Below are positions 1 to 11,622 of a stretch of 51,553 bases of DNA, in pieces. The DNA is from Dendrobates tinctorius. Its lineage: Eukaryota. The position numbers were made by a program, and so were the translations under genes. A model generated the notes under the pieces. The model saw only the letters and a list, made by a program, of their open reading frames with translations, searched no databases and was not told where the DNA came from. Position 1 is the stretch's first letter; every line of letters starts with the position of its first letter. The DNA is taken from assembly GCF_039654945.1 (NCBI RefSeq), contig NW_027361819.1, forward strand, positions 1,624,448 through 1,676,000, in the 5' to 3' direction.

Positions 1-34
1 TTAGATTTCCACACGCTCTGCTGCTAAAATCACA

Positions 35-197
35 TTGTAGACTGTGAGCCCTCGCGGGCAGGGTCCTCTCTCCTCCTGGACCAGTCGTGACTTGTATTGT
101 TATAAGATGACTGTACTTGTATGTATTATGTACACCCCTCCTCACATGGAAAGCGCCAAGGAATAAATGGCGCTATAATAATAATAATAATAATAAT
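35..197 (+). mobile_element. 3' end of an L2/CR1-clade LINE (3' UTR plus (AAT)n tail)
   Basis: TAGACTGTGAGCCC...GGGCAGGG, then AGCGCC...AATAAATGGCGCT stem and an (AAT)n tail at about 176-197. Resembles amphibian L2 3' ends; family call is by recognition only. Confidence 0.6.
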
Positions 198-199
198 TC

Positions 200-350
200 C
201 GATACTGGATAAATGGCAATCAGAGGAAATAGTCTGATAATGTCTTATCCCCCGATATTCGCTGGGATTCAGAGATGTTTGCAGTGAGATCCCAGATAGC
301 GGCTCCTCCACCTTCATCAGCGGCCCTTATAATTGTATCCCCAGTGCTCC
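200..350 (-). mobile_element. Degraded Penelope-like retroelement RT fragment
   Basis: Minus-strand translation LRSTGDTIIRAADEGGGAAIWDLTANISESQRISGD resembles the Penelope RT N-terminal motif IIxxADKGxxxVIxD...Y..E..R.L.D. Cut off by a TTAACCCCTT element end at 351. Confidence 0.55.
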
Positions 351-453
351 TTAACCCCTTCACGACATATGATGTACAGTTACGCCGTATGTCGGGTCCC
401 TGCCTGTGATGGGGGATACGGACACAACGATTGTAATACACATGTAACGCTGA

Positions 454-1773
454 GGCCGTGTTCACACTTAGTGTAGATGCTGCGTTTATTTGCTGAAGAT
501 GTGAATCCGTCTTTTTAACAGTTTTTAATAGTGTAGAAAAGCTTTGATTCTGAGCTTAAAAATGCAGCAGCGTTATTTTACATGCTTTTCTTTAGGCTCC
601 AAATAGAAGTCTATAGAGGGGAAAAAGCACCAAAACTGCAGAGTTCAGCAGGGTCTTTGGACCACAGGGGACGAAGATTTCAGGAGATCACATTCACTTT
701 GCTTAGACATTTAGACCATGTTCCCATGTAGCAGAAATGTAGATTATTTTCTGCACAGAAATTCTGCTGTTTATCTCCAAGCAAAGTGGATGTGATTTCA
801 TGAAAATTGCGCCCCCCGGTGGCCTAATGACGCTGCTGAATTCTGCAGATTTTGGAGCGGTTTTCTTCTCTCTTGTCTTCTATGTGAAGCCTAAAAAAGT
901 AGAAAACTGCAGATACTTTATTAAGTGCAGAATCAAAGCTTTTCTCTACTGTAAAAAACACATTAAAAAAGCGGCTTCTAGTGATGAGAGAACGTGCTCG
1001 GTAAGGTGTTATCTGAGCATGCTCGGGTGCTAACAGAATGTCTTCAGCGCACTCCAAATATATATTAGAGTCCCCACTGCTGTTAGACAGCCACAAGACA
1101 TGATGGGATTGCCCGTTTGTTAGACAGCCGACCTGGAGACAGCGGACAGTCCCGGCTGTCTCCTGCCAGGGTGGAACAAAATGGTGAATGGGCGTGGTTA
1201 GGGGTGTGGCCATGGGCGTGGTCAACCTTTGCCAGGCGCACTGTGCGCAGCATAATTTCTTCCTCTTTCTATTCTTAAACAGTTGGGAATACTGAACATG
1301 TGAGCGTGGCCTTAGACACAGCGGGCAGCAGTTCTCATGAAATCACATCCACGTTGTTTGCACAGTTAGGTCGTGTTCACACGTAGCAGAAATGCTGCTT
1401 TTTTTCTGCAGAAAATCTGCTGCGTTTAACTGTCCAAGCAAAGTGGATGTGATTCCATGTGACCTCCTGCGCGCTGTGGTCTAAAGACGCTGCTGAACGC
1501 TGCAGTCTTGGGGCGTTTTATCTTTATGAGGAGCCTGAAAAAGACACAAAAGACACAGTTGTATTTTTAATGCAGAATCAAAGATTTTCTGTAGTACGAA
1601 AACTTTAAAAACGCGGCTTCACATCTGCACCAAAAACAATCAAAAGGAAAAAAGGCATAAAAAACCCCAACAAAAACGCAATAATGACAGATTGTTATTG
1701 TGCAGTTTGGTGCACAAGTAGATAAGAAGCAACAGAGAAAAACGCAACAGTTACGCTACATGTGAACACGGCC
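454..1773. mobile_element. Cluster of nested non-autonomous DNA transposons (MITEs)
   Basis: Outer inverted termini GGCCGTGTTCACA (454) and TGTGAACACGGCC (1773), with internal inverted blocks. Related sequence occurs at about 14570-14910. Confidence 0.55.
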
Positions 1774-2732
1774 GTACAGAAAGGATTGGGAAAATGGTTG
1801 TTAAAAAGCGCAACATCTCACAAGAAAGAGAAACCTCATATAACGAAGAGGAAAAGTTCTCGCTGCTACAACTATGAATGAACAAAAATAATAAATGCAC
1901 AGGTCCCAACCGTCCCGGATACGGCGGACAGTCCCGGATTTGGGTCTGCGTCCCGCTGTCCCAGGCGTCTGCTGAATGTCCCCCACCGCCCCTCTGACAT
2001 CTGTCCGTGGTTCTCACAGATGGACTATAACAGGTACATGGTTTATGGGGCTGTTCACATGTCCGTGTTTTTTGTGGGACGAGTGGTCGGCAAAACATCC
2101 GGCAACATGTTCATTATTTATACAAATTAAACTGAACAATTCACGTCTATGAGTCTGAAAAATAATCACAGACGGCGTCAGTGCGACTAACATTGTATCA
2201 GACAGGAGAAGCTTCACCCTCATCTGTGAAAATCACCAATAAAACACTGATGGTAAAAACTGACCGAACACTGAAGAAAATGAGAACAAAACCACTGATG
2301 GACAACGGCTCGTGATTTCACTGATGTGTGAATAAGACCTAACGATGAGTCCTTCATCAGCCACATACAGCGTCGTCTGCCGGACCCCAAATGTATATTT
2401 CAGCCTGATAGGAAGAGGTGGAGATGGATTTTACTTCACCCAACTCACAATTTGTGAAGACTCTTCTTATTATGCACTGAAGTTTTATGGGTTATCTGCT
2501 TACTTCTCCTGCATCATACTGGTGGTGGATTATGTTCATAATAAGACCAGGTGGAGTCACTCCAACTCCTAATCCTACACCAGATCCTCATGACTGATCA
2601 GTGCTTTCTTTCTAAGTTGGATTCAGCAGTGAGCACAACTATGGAGCTGAAGGCTTAATTATTCTCACACTCCTCCGCCCTTCTTATGGAAAGAAACTTT
2701 TTAGCTTTTGGTTCCTGCTCTTTCCCACTACA

Positions 2733-4301
2733 ATGGCGTCTGCGGAGCTGAGGGATGAGCTGAACTGCTCCATCTGCCTGAGCCTCTATACAGATCCCGT
2801 ATCCCTGAGATGTGGACACAACTTCTGCCGCTCGTGTATTGTGAGTGTGTTGGATGCCCAGAAGGCGGCTGAAGGGTATTTTTGTCCTGACTGCAGAGCA
2901 GAATATCCGGAGCGTCCGGCCCTGAAGAAGAACCGGAAGTTGCAGAACATAGTGGAGCGTTTCTCATCTACTCAGCCTGGTATGGAGGAGACCAGGATCT
3001 CCTGTACTTACTGTACAAAGTCTCCTGTACGGGCTGTGAAATCCTGTTTGCAGTGTGAGAATACTTTCTGTAATGACCACCTGAATGTCCACAACAAGAC
3101 ATTAGATCACATATTAATAGATCCTACAAGATCTTTTGGTAACAAAAAATGTTCCCACCACAAGAAGCTTCTGGAGTACTACTGCCTGCAGGACTCGGCT
3201 TGTCTGTGTGTGTCTTGCTGTCTGGTTGGCGAACACCGTGGACATCTGGTGGAACTTCTAGATGAGGCTTCTGAGAAGAAGAAGATGAAACTGATGGAAT
3301 ATCATAATGAACTAAATCCACAAAAAGCAGAACTTCAGACAAAAGTCCAATATCTGCAGGATCATAAGTGGAATATCCAGGAGAAAGCCTCCGATGAGAG
3401 GAACAACGTCAGGAAGATATTCAATGCCATTAGGAAGCAAGTGGAAATGGCAGAAAAGAAAGCGCTGAGTGAGGTCTCCAGGCAGGAGGAGAAGATTGTG
3501 TCTAAGATATCTGATCTGATCAAGAAGCTGGAAATACAGGAGGAAGAGCTGTCCAGGAAGATGCGTCACGTGGAGGAGATGTGTCATGTCACCGACCCAA
3601 TAAGACTCTTACAAGAAAGTGACATTACAGTATGTAGTCATGGAGGTGATGAGGACACAGAGGAAGATGGTGGAGAGGTCAGTTCTGAGGAGGCTCTGGA
3701 TGAGGTTATGATCTCACTGACCTTACACCGATCTATGCGGGATATTGTCACCAATGTGACATCAGAGCTCGGATTCCATGTCCCAGACATATTACTGGAT
3801 GTGGACACTGCTCATAGATGTGTGAAGGTATCAGAAGATCTGAAAACAGCAGCAGATTCAGATAAAGAACAGGTGAGACCAGAATCACCAGGGAGATTTT
3901 TGACTTACTCCCAAGTGTTAAGCAGATGTGGCCTCTCCTCAGGACGACATTACTGGGAGGTAGAGTGGAACCAGAAAGGAACATATGAATTGGGAATGTC
4001 CTATCCCAGTATAGAAAAGAAAAGAAAGGAGTCTGGTATGGGATATAATGATAAATCTTGGTGTCTGTGTATGTATGATGGAGAATATAAAGTATATCAC
4101 AACTCAGATGAACTAACCCTCAATGTAAAGCCAAAATGTCCAATACTTGGTATCTTCTTAGACTATGAGGCCGGGCTTCTGTCCTTCTATGAGCTGTGTG
4201 ACCCCATCAGACACTTACACACCTTCACCGCCTCCTTCACTGAACCCCTACATGTCGTCTTCTGTGTGGATGATGGGGCCTCTGTTACAATAAGAAGCTG
4301 A
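2733..4301 (+). CDS. Intronless TRIM E3 ubiquitin ligase, TRIM25/finTRIM-like architecture (copy A, 522 aa)
   Basis: C3HC4 RING (CSIC...CGHNFCRSC...CPDC), B-box1 (CTYC...CLQC...CNDHLNVH), B-box2 (CSHH...YC...CLCVSC...HRGH), coiled coil, PRY (LLDVDTAH) and SPRY (SGRHYWEVEW, GIFLDYEAG..SFY). Uninterrupted ORF. Confidence 0.95.
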   Translation: MASAELRDELNCSICLSLYTDPVSLRCGHNFCRSCIVSVLDAQKAAEGYFCPDCRAEYPERPALKKNRKLQNIVERFSSTQPGMEETRISCTYCTKSPVRAVKSCLQCENTFCNDHLNVHNKTLDHILIDPTRSFGNKKCSHHKKLLEYYCLQDSACLCVSCCLVGEHRGHLVELLDEASEKKKMKLMEYHNELNPQKAELQTKVQYLQDHKWNIQEKASDERNNVRKIFNAIRKQVEMAEKKALSEVSRQEEKIVSKISDLIKKLEIQEEELSRKMRHVEEMCHVTDPIRLLQESDITVCSHGGDEDTEEDGGEVSSEEALDEVMISLTLHRSMRDIVTNVTSELGFHVPDILLDVDTAHRCVKVSEDLKTAADSDKEQVRPESPGRFLTYSQVLSRCGLSSGRHYWEVEWNQKGTYELGMSYPSIEKKRKESGMGYNDKSWCLCMYDGEYKVYHNSDELTLNVKPKCPILGIFLDYEAGLLSFYELCDPIRHLHTFTASFTEPLHVVFCVDDGASVTIRS

Positions 4302-4976
4302 GGCCGATGTCGTCCTCGTCACATTATAATGACATTATTCCTTGTCACATGGACACATCTGTATATAGTGAGTTATCAGCGGGACCCTTTAATAATACAA
4401 TGTATATGGTGGAGTCATGGGGGGATTGTTCCTATTGTTTTTTCCTCTTCCCTGTAGATTAGATGCAGAATCAATGATTGAGGAGAATGTAAAAATGACT
4501 GAATTGTTGTGAGACTGATAATTGTTCAGTAAAGGGTTAATCATGGTATATAGCTGGGATATGTCAGCACTCTCTGACTCCCGGGACCCCCACCGATCCT
4601 GAGACTAAAGGGGCTGCAGCATTAATCCAGCCTCCTGCACATCGGAGCTCTGGACTCCCCCGGTGCAGGAGCTGCAGTACGGCCGCAGTGTATGGGGGGC
4701 ACATCGGGGGTCCGGAGCGTCACACTAAATCAGCACTGTGGCTCCTCCATTCTCGGGGTCTGTGGGGTCCGCACCAGTCAGACACTGATGGGATACTCTA
4801 GCTATATACCACCATGTGAAATGTCCTGTAATCTCCCGATGTCTCCAGCAGTGTTACAGGACCCCGGTGACGTCTGATCTGTGTGATCTGATCGCCCGGA
4901 CTGTGGAGGATGATGGGAGTTGTGGTCTCCTCGTTGTGTATTTTTTATTAGATCTTCTCAATATTATATGAAATTA

Positions 4977-4982
4977 AATAAA
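4977..4982 (+). terminator. Candidate poly(A) signal for TRIM copy A (paralogous site 28105-28110)
   Basis: First AATAAA seen after the stop codon, about 680 nt downstream in AT-rich context. Conserved in unit 2 and deleted in unit 3. Confidence 0.5.
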
Positions 4983-6855
4983 GATTTCCTTTAATCCCAC
5001 CAGAAACATCTCATATATAGGAGGACGTGTGATCAGTAATCAGGGGACGAGGGCAGGGACCCCAGTGATCCTGAGATCGGGGGTCCTGTGTGCGCTCAGC
5101 CGCTTCTCTATCCCCCTGTATCTCTGTAGTCACTAAGGCGCCGTACACACAGCAGAGCCGGATACACGGAGGGGCGCACAGGCTCTGGTGGGGTCCTATG
5201 TGCGGAGATCCCCCCATAGATGCAATGTGTGCTATATCCAGACTGCAGACAGATCATCATGGCGCCGCGGGCTCTGAGCTTCACTCTGGTTCTGTGTTCT
5301 GGTGGTTCTCTGTTGGGGGATGTTCACACCACTTCTTTTTCAGTCGGGTTTGGAGCCGGTTCACTTCTGAAAATTGCCTTAAAAAGTGCTGAGAAAATGC
5401 TGCGTAGAATGGACGTATTTCTGCTGTGTGAACACGACGCGCGTCACGTGCTCAGGATTTTCCGGCTCTTGGGTTGGGTGAGGGCTTATTGTTTTCCGCC
5501 TTGAGGTGACTTTTTAATTGATACCATTTTGGGGCAGATTCGATGTTTTGATCGTCTGTTGCACATTATTGCGACAACCAAACAATGTGTAATTCTGGGA
5601 ATTAGATTTTTTTTTTTCTCCTTACACTGTTTAATTCTTTAATCAGTCATGAAGGGGTTAAATGTCCTCTATCAGCGCAGAACGACTGTTCACACCAAGT
5701 CCGGGCGCTCGGGGCATCATGGCGGCCAATCATTTATAGTGAACCCTCCCACCTGCTTGTTTTCCCGCTATCTCCGCCCCTTCTTCTTTGATTGACAGTT
5801 CTGACTTCATAGTGCTGAGAAGGACGGAGATAGATGGGAAGCTGCACGGAGCTGGCTGGCCGCCATGATGGGGCCTGGACTTGGTGTGAACAGTCGTTCG
5901 GTGCTGACAGTCGCCCTTTAGTATTACATTTACATGGTAATACGGTAACCAAGGTAACCAGGTGACTTCTCTAAGGTAACAGGGTGAATGGTAACCCATA
6001 GCAACCAGCACAGGGTAGTCTCGGAGAGCCCTGAAGAGAACCATGGTAGGTGGCATCACACCTGGTGTCAGGAGGAGGATGGCGGCTCATTTCCATCTCT
6101 TACGATGAGGTTTTCTTCCATATATCTGACAGATTCACAGACATTTCCTCAGATCGATGGTGTAATCGTGTGTTCAGAGCTGATAAATGGCGCGGCCGGC
6201 TGTGTGTTATGTGCAGGAAGAGGCGGCTGTGACCCCTCACACAACAGCTGAGACGCCATTTCAGGAGCAGAATCCTGGTCGGCCATTTTGTAGCTGTGCT
6301 CGGTGTAACGGAGGCTTTATGGTCAGTGACAGAAATGATCTCTGAGGAGACAGTTTGTGTAGGACGGAGGCCGGCCGCCATATTACAGGGTTTCCAGAAC
6401 TCTGTGTCACTAATCGCTTTATGTGAAGGCGATGGAGACCCCGGCTGTACGGAGCGCGGGCAGCCATGCTGGATCTCCACAGGGAGATGAGCGCACCAGG
6501 GTGACACAGACGTCCGACATCGATGACCTATGTGAGGAGAGTTAGGGCCGCACACCCTTAGTGTTAATGTACAGGTGACCAATACACGGCGTGGCCACAA
6601 TTTCCTGTCAGCGGAGCTGTGTGACGGCTGTGTCTGCTGGGACGAGCTGTGGTTTCCATTGGTGTCTTTCTGGGGTACATGGGACTGTGTCATCACCTTA
6701 TATTAACCCTGTAGAGGCCAAAATAACAAAAAACAGCAATTTCCGCCCGTTTTTGTTGCAGATTTTTCTCCAGTCACGGTAACACAAATCCTACATACTA
6801 GATAAAGAAAAGACCTGATTGGGGTAAAAATCAGTCACTTGGATTAAATTTTAAT

Positions 6856-7248
6856 TGTCGGGATCCCTCAGATTACTCTTTCATCTGAAGGACCGATGTT
6901 CTTGGGTGTGAAGCATCATATGTCTCTAATTAAATCAGCTCCTTGGAGAAGAACTACACAGACACCAGCTGTATGGTACAACTCAGGATGCCTCCAAGAC
7001 GCCTCTGGCTTATCAGTTAGGCTTCCGTCTTTTATAGTAAAGAATTTAAACATTTTACAGACATGCGCAGTACAAATGATTTTACAACTTGTTTTCGACA
7101 AAGAAAGTCATTTAGGCGAAAAAGCAGAGGTATTTGACCTTGGTTCACAAGGGAGATGTCTGAGACATCTCCTCGAAGAACAGATAAGGTTTTAAACAAG
7201 AGAATGCAACATAGACAGAACTCAATTTAACTCCTTCAGTTCCTATCA
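6856..7248 (-). repeat. ERV 3' LTR
   Basis: Direct repeat of 13798-14190 with one visible mismatch (6943 T vs 13885 G). Adjacent to the polypurine tract. Confidence 0.96.
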
Positions 7249-7259
7249 TTCCCCCCTTT
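7249..7259 (-). other. ERV polypurine tract
   Basis: Minus strand reads AAAGGGGGGAA immediately before the 3' LTR TG. Confidence 0.9.
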
Positions 7260-7505
7260 GACATCTTCATTTTCCACAATCTGGAACACTGGATCCTGCA
7301 ACAACAGCGGATAGTGGCTCGTTCACCAGGTACTATCCCAGGCCGACGGGTTGCCCAAGGGAGACAGGTCTTCTACCTTCTCCATCCCCCAGATACTGAA
7401 GCCACGTCCATCATTGCAAGAGTACGCTCCTTCATGCCAGAAATGAGATGTCAATCTAGGACTCAAAGGAATAATAGTTAAATTCTTGTTTACAGTCAAA
7501 CTTCC

Positions 7506-9034
7506 TTATCTATTTCTACATCTTTTCTTGCATACAGAGATACACCAAAAAACAAGTTTCAATAGCACATATATTACGAAGATACAAACAACAATACGTA
7601 ATAGACTTAGTATAATCCCAGCTATCCAGCCTCCAATACCCTTAAACCAATTAGCTGGATTAAGAAAGGAGAATGTATCTGACCACCAACTATCCTTAGT
7701 ACGATCATTGTCTTTATCGTACTGATCTCTAAGTTTTTGAACATCCTCTATTTTCAATTTTAACTTTAAACTACTGTTGGGATCTATATAATGACAGCAA
7801 GCTGGTCCGATGACTTGACACATACCACCTTGCGCTGCAGTTAAATAATCTAGTACTATGGTATGCTGATTAGTGACTATGATGAGCTGATTTTGGACAG
7901 CAACGGTGGTGTTCAATATATCCAATATATCCCATATTTGGTCATCTAAGTAATCTGTAGCCCTGACTAATTTATCCCACATTTGAGTGATCATAGGATA
8001 AATAAAAATAGAGCTGACAATTTTATTGGCCACACTCATCTGCACTATATGTGGTCTCCCAGAGAGGCGAGGTGTATTGTCAGCAGCTCTTTTGTACAAC
8101 GTGTGTTTAGGTATGCTCTGAGTATTCAACTGGTCATTCGGAATAACAAAGGTAGCTGGAGTCAAACAACCCAGAGTACAAGCACCTTTTACCCCTACTG
8201 GCAACCATTTATATGCATTGTCTCCACATACCCAGTACATGTCACTAGGTAGGTCCCATAGGGCTGAATGTTGTAATACCAGTCTATGAACTAAATCTAT
8301 GAACGCAGATACATTCTGAAGCATACACCAATTTGGAAGTTGTCCTAAAGGGCTACAATACCCTACATCGGGATTTCCACAGGTGGGAGTTCCTTTCTCA
8401 TATCCAGATGACTCGTTGCAAGGTATATTACCTGAAATATTAAAACAAGTTTCATTATTGCCCTGGGGAAATAAATTGGAATACTCCCAGGACGTGTTAT
8501 GTAACCTTCTTTCTAGCAGTATTGGTTTGAAGGCATCAGTAGAGTGGGAAGTTACATTAAAACTAACTTGTAGGCCATACATTGGAATTTGCCCCAGGTA
8601 GGTTAATCGAGTTCTATTCCTGGGTACCCAAGCCCCCCCCTTTATATGCCAGATATTGAAGGTATGTATTACTTCCTGAAAGATTACCCTGCCACCAAGG
8701 GTATCCTACCCATCCCACAATAGGTATTCCAACAGTTGTGTTCCATAACTTCACATTATTTGTGGCATTATTAGCAAGTGTATCAGAACAACTGGTCCAG
8801 GCAAATAATTCCTCGGGTGGCACAGGAATAACAAGGAACGGAATACTAGTGGCTGATACTGCTGAATGTGTGCAGATCCAGCAATCTGCTGGAGATTGAG
8901 TGTCTTTTTGACCAATCATTCAGTATTTTTTCATGATGTTGTATAAACTTATTATTCAAGGACATTGGAGAATTTAGACTATCCCACGCAGCTACCATTA
9001 TTACAGATAATGCAACAAAACCAAACCAAAACAT
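7506..9034 (-). pseudogene. env: Gamma-type env, frameshifted twice in SU; C-terminal 358 codons open
   Basis: Hydrophobic signal MFWFGFVALSVIMVAA (9034), CWIC motif (8614-8919 ORF), basic cleavage site LYKR, immunosuppressive-like QHTIVLDYLTAAQGG followed by CX6CC (CQVIGPACC), and a TM anchor. Frameshifts near 8915 and at the G-run near 8635. Confidence 0.92.
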
Positions 9035-9043
9035 TATGCACTC

Positions 9044-10905
9044 TTATGCTTTGTTAATTCCTGTGGCTAGTGTGCAATGCGATGCGTGGATCCAGGTTGG
9101 TCGTCCCTCCAACTTAACAGAAGTAGGCGTTATTAGGAGTACTTGGTAAGGTCCTTGATATCGGGGTTCAAGGGTCTTTCTGGAGTGTTTCTTGACATAT
9201 ACGTAATCACCAGGTTGTAGACAGTGATTCCTTCCACACTATCTGGATCTGGAGTGGAAGAGAAAACTAGAGAATGCATTTGAGTTAAATGCTTTTGCAA
9301 CTGGATTACATAACTTGTCAAATTATCCACATTGAGTGTTAAGACCTGTGGGTAGTACAACCCTGTGTTCAGTGGTCTTCCAAACAGTATCTCGAAGGGT
9401 GACAGTTTAGCTTTCCCCGTGGGTGTGTACCTTACTGAGAATAATGCTAATGGGAGACACTCTGGCCATGGTTTATGGGTTTGTTCCATGGTTTTCTGTA
9501 TTTTCAATTTTAGTGTCCCGTTCATTCTCTCTACCTTCCCTGAACTCTGTGGGTGGTAGGGTGTATGAAATGCTTGTTCTACACCTATCATTTGCATTAC
9601 ATTTTGCATTACCTCAGCAGTAAAGTGTGTACCTCTGTCTGATTCAATTGTTTCAGGGACACCGAATCGTGGTACTAGTTCCATCACCAGTTTCTTTGCA
9701 GTGGCTCGAGCTGTAGCCGTTTTCACCGGGTAGGCCTCTGGCCATCCAGAGAAGAGATCTACACATACTAGGATATTTGCATACACTCCTACCTTGGTAG
9801 CTGTATGTCGTCAATCTGCCGTCTCTGAAACGGGTAGAGAGGCCTAGGTGTCGCTTTCTTAGGGACTTTTACTGTTTTACCTGGGTTGTGCTGTGCACAG
9901 ATGAGGCATGATTGTACAAGTTTCGCGGCTGCGCAACTGAAGCCAGGAGCGATCCAGAAGGCATCTACCATGGCACACATGTGACTTTTTGAGGTGTGAT
10001 TGGGGCCATGTGCTGCTTGCGCCATGATTGGGAACAGGGACTTTGGTGGGCACATTTTATCCTTATTCTCCCATACTCCATTTGAGTTCAGCTCAGCTCC
10101 CAGTCTCCCTCGGTGTACCTTCTCTGTTTGGGCAGCCTTTTGCTGGAGGGATTTCAGGACATCTAGACCCAATGTGGCTGGAATACGCTGACTCCACGCC
10201 ACCGTCCACTGCTCTCTCTAGGCCGCCTTGTGCTATTTTAGCAGCCTCGTTCGCCCTTCTATTGCCCTCTACCTCCACGGAGTCACCTTTGTGTGTGCTT
10301 TTACCTTGACAATGCCAACCTGGACTGGTAACATCAATGCCTCCATCAATTGTTTCACCAGCTCTGCATTTTTAATGGGCTTCGAATCTGTGAAAATATT
10401 AGCGACTTTACCTGCAGCGGCTCTACACGCCTCAGTGAGTGCCTTCAACTCTGCCTCCTGCGCCGACATGTGAGGAGAGAGTGGTTCCGCTCGGATTACC
10501 TCATGTGAGGATACTACTGCATATCCAGTGTAGAATCGTCCATCCTGGTGGTATCTGGGGCCATCTACAAAAAAGAAACTCAAAGTCTGCATTAGGAACA
10601 GGTTTTTCATGAATGTGTGCAAACCCAACTGTCTCCTGACTCATCAGTTCTATGCAGACATGTTCATGCGTCATGTCACAGTATCCTTCCTCACTTGCCA
10701 ATACGGTCACCAATTCCCCCTTTTCTGAATCCACAGGCAGGAGGGTGGCTGGATTCAGAACGTTACATCTTTTGAGGAGTGACATACTCAGGAATTAGTA
10801 GAGCACACTCAAGTCAGAGCTGTCTGGCCATAGACAGATGTTTTGGTTGAACTTGTAGGAGTATGGCATGGATGTCATGTGGGGAATAGATTGTCAAAAG
10901 AAACG
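9044..10905 (-). pseudogene. pol: pol remnant: RT connection/tether, RNase H and integrase only
   Basis: Tether TIYSPHDIHAILLQVQPKHLSMAR...LNPATLLP; RNase H FVDG...SAQEAEL...NIFTDS...VKAH; integrase HHCC (HGPNH...CLIC), QID, SDRG and VERMNGTLK; C-terminal GPY...WIHASHC. Several frameshifts and a stop codon. Confidence 0.93.
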
Positions 10906-10916
10906 TCAGTGTCATC

Positions 10917-11622
10917 TCACATGCCTTCCCTATTACGTCTCCACTTTTTCCCTTGTGCTCCAGCATACATGACAGGTCGTTTTATTGTCCTTGTTTGCTC
11001 AATTTCTTTAGCTACCTTAAGGAGGTCTTTCGGATCTACATGTCTCCATTCAGGTCTGGCTGTCTGTACTGCGTCTCGTAAGTCTTTGTTCATACCGTCA
11101 ATGAATGCATTCACCAGTATTCTAACATCAAGTGGGTTTATGCAAATGTACCCCATGTCTGCCCATTTCAGCTGTAACCGTCCAAGGTATATCTCTACTC
11201 TCTCTCCTCTTTGCTGTGTCACATTAGTCAGGAGTACAGACTGCTCTGATTGTTCCACTGCAGCCCATTGTCTTAGTGACTCACAGTACGTCTCCCCAGA
11301 TCGTGCAGATTTATCATCCATGCCCCAAGCCTGATTCTTTGTCACATCTGTGTGTCTTAATTATATGATCTAGTGCGTCACCTGCCTTTAAACTCACCAA
11401 CCTCTCTAGGTCTGCCCAGGTACACTTATATGTTTGCTGCACTTCCTTTATGTGTCTGTAAAACGGGAATGGTTGGTCTTCAGGGGCAGGCAGCTGCTTC
11501 AGCAAAGCTAGCTGGTCAGAGGGGCTCCAGGGATAATACACCTGTATCTTTCTTATTCTAGTCACACTTCTAGGTCCTGATGGGGTTGGCCATCTGATGT
11601 CTACTGTCAGCTTACTCCTCAA
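10917..11622 (-). pseudogene. gag: gag (capsid) remnant
   Basis: YYPWSPSDQLALLKQLPAP and MHR-like QQRGERVEIYLGRLQ...LVNAFIDGM. Split between two frames, no zinc knuckle; true start upstream is not identifiable. Confidence 0.75.

Noticed and set aside
6100-6696. 198-241 aa minus-strand ORF present in all three units (also 29100-29825, 41507-42103)
   Set aside because: No recognisable domain and the stop position varies. Persistence is expected from recent duplication alone.
10905-10925. gag TGA as a programmed gag-pol readthrough site
   Set aside because: The downstream tether sequence is in a different frame, and protease and RT are absent. This is a deletion junction.
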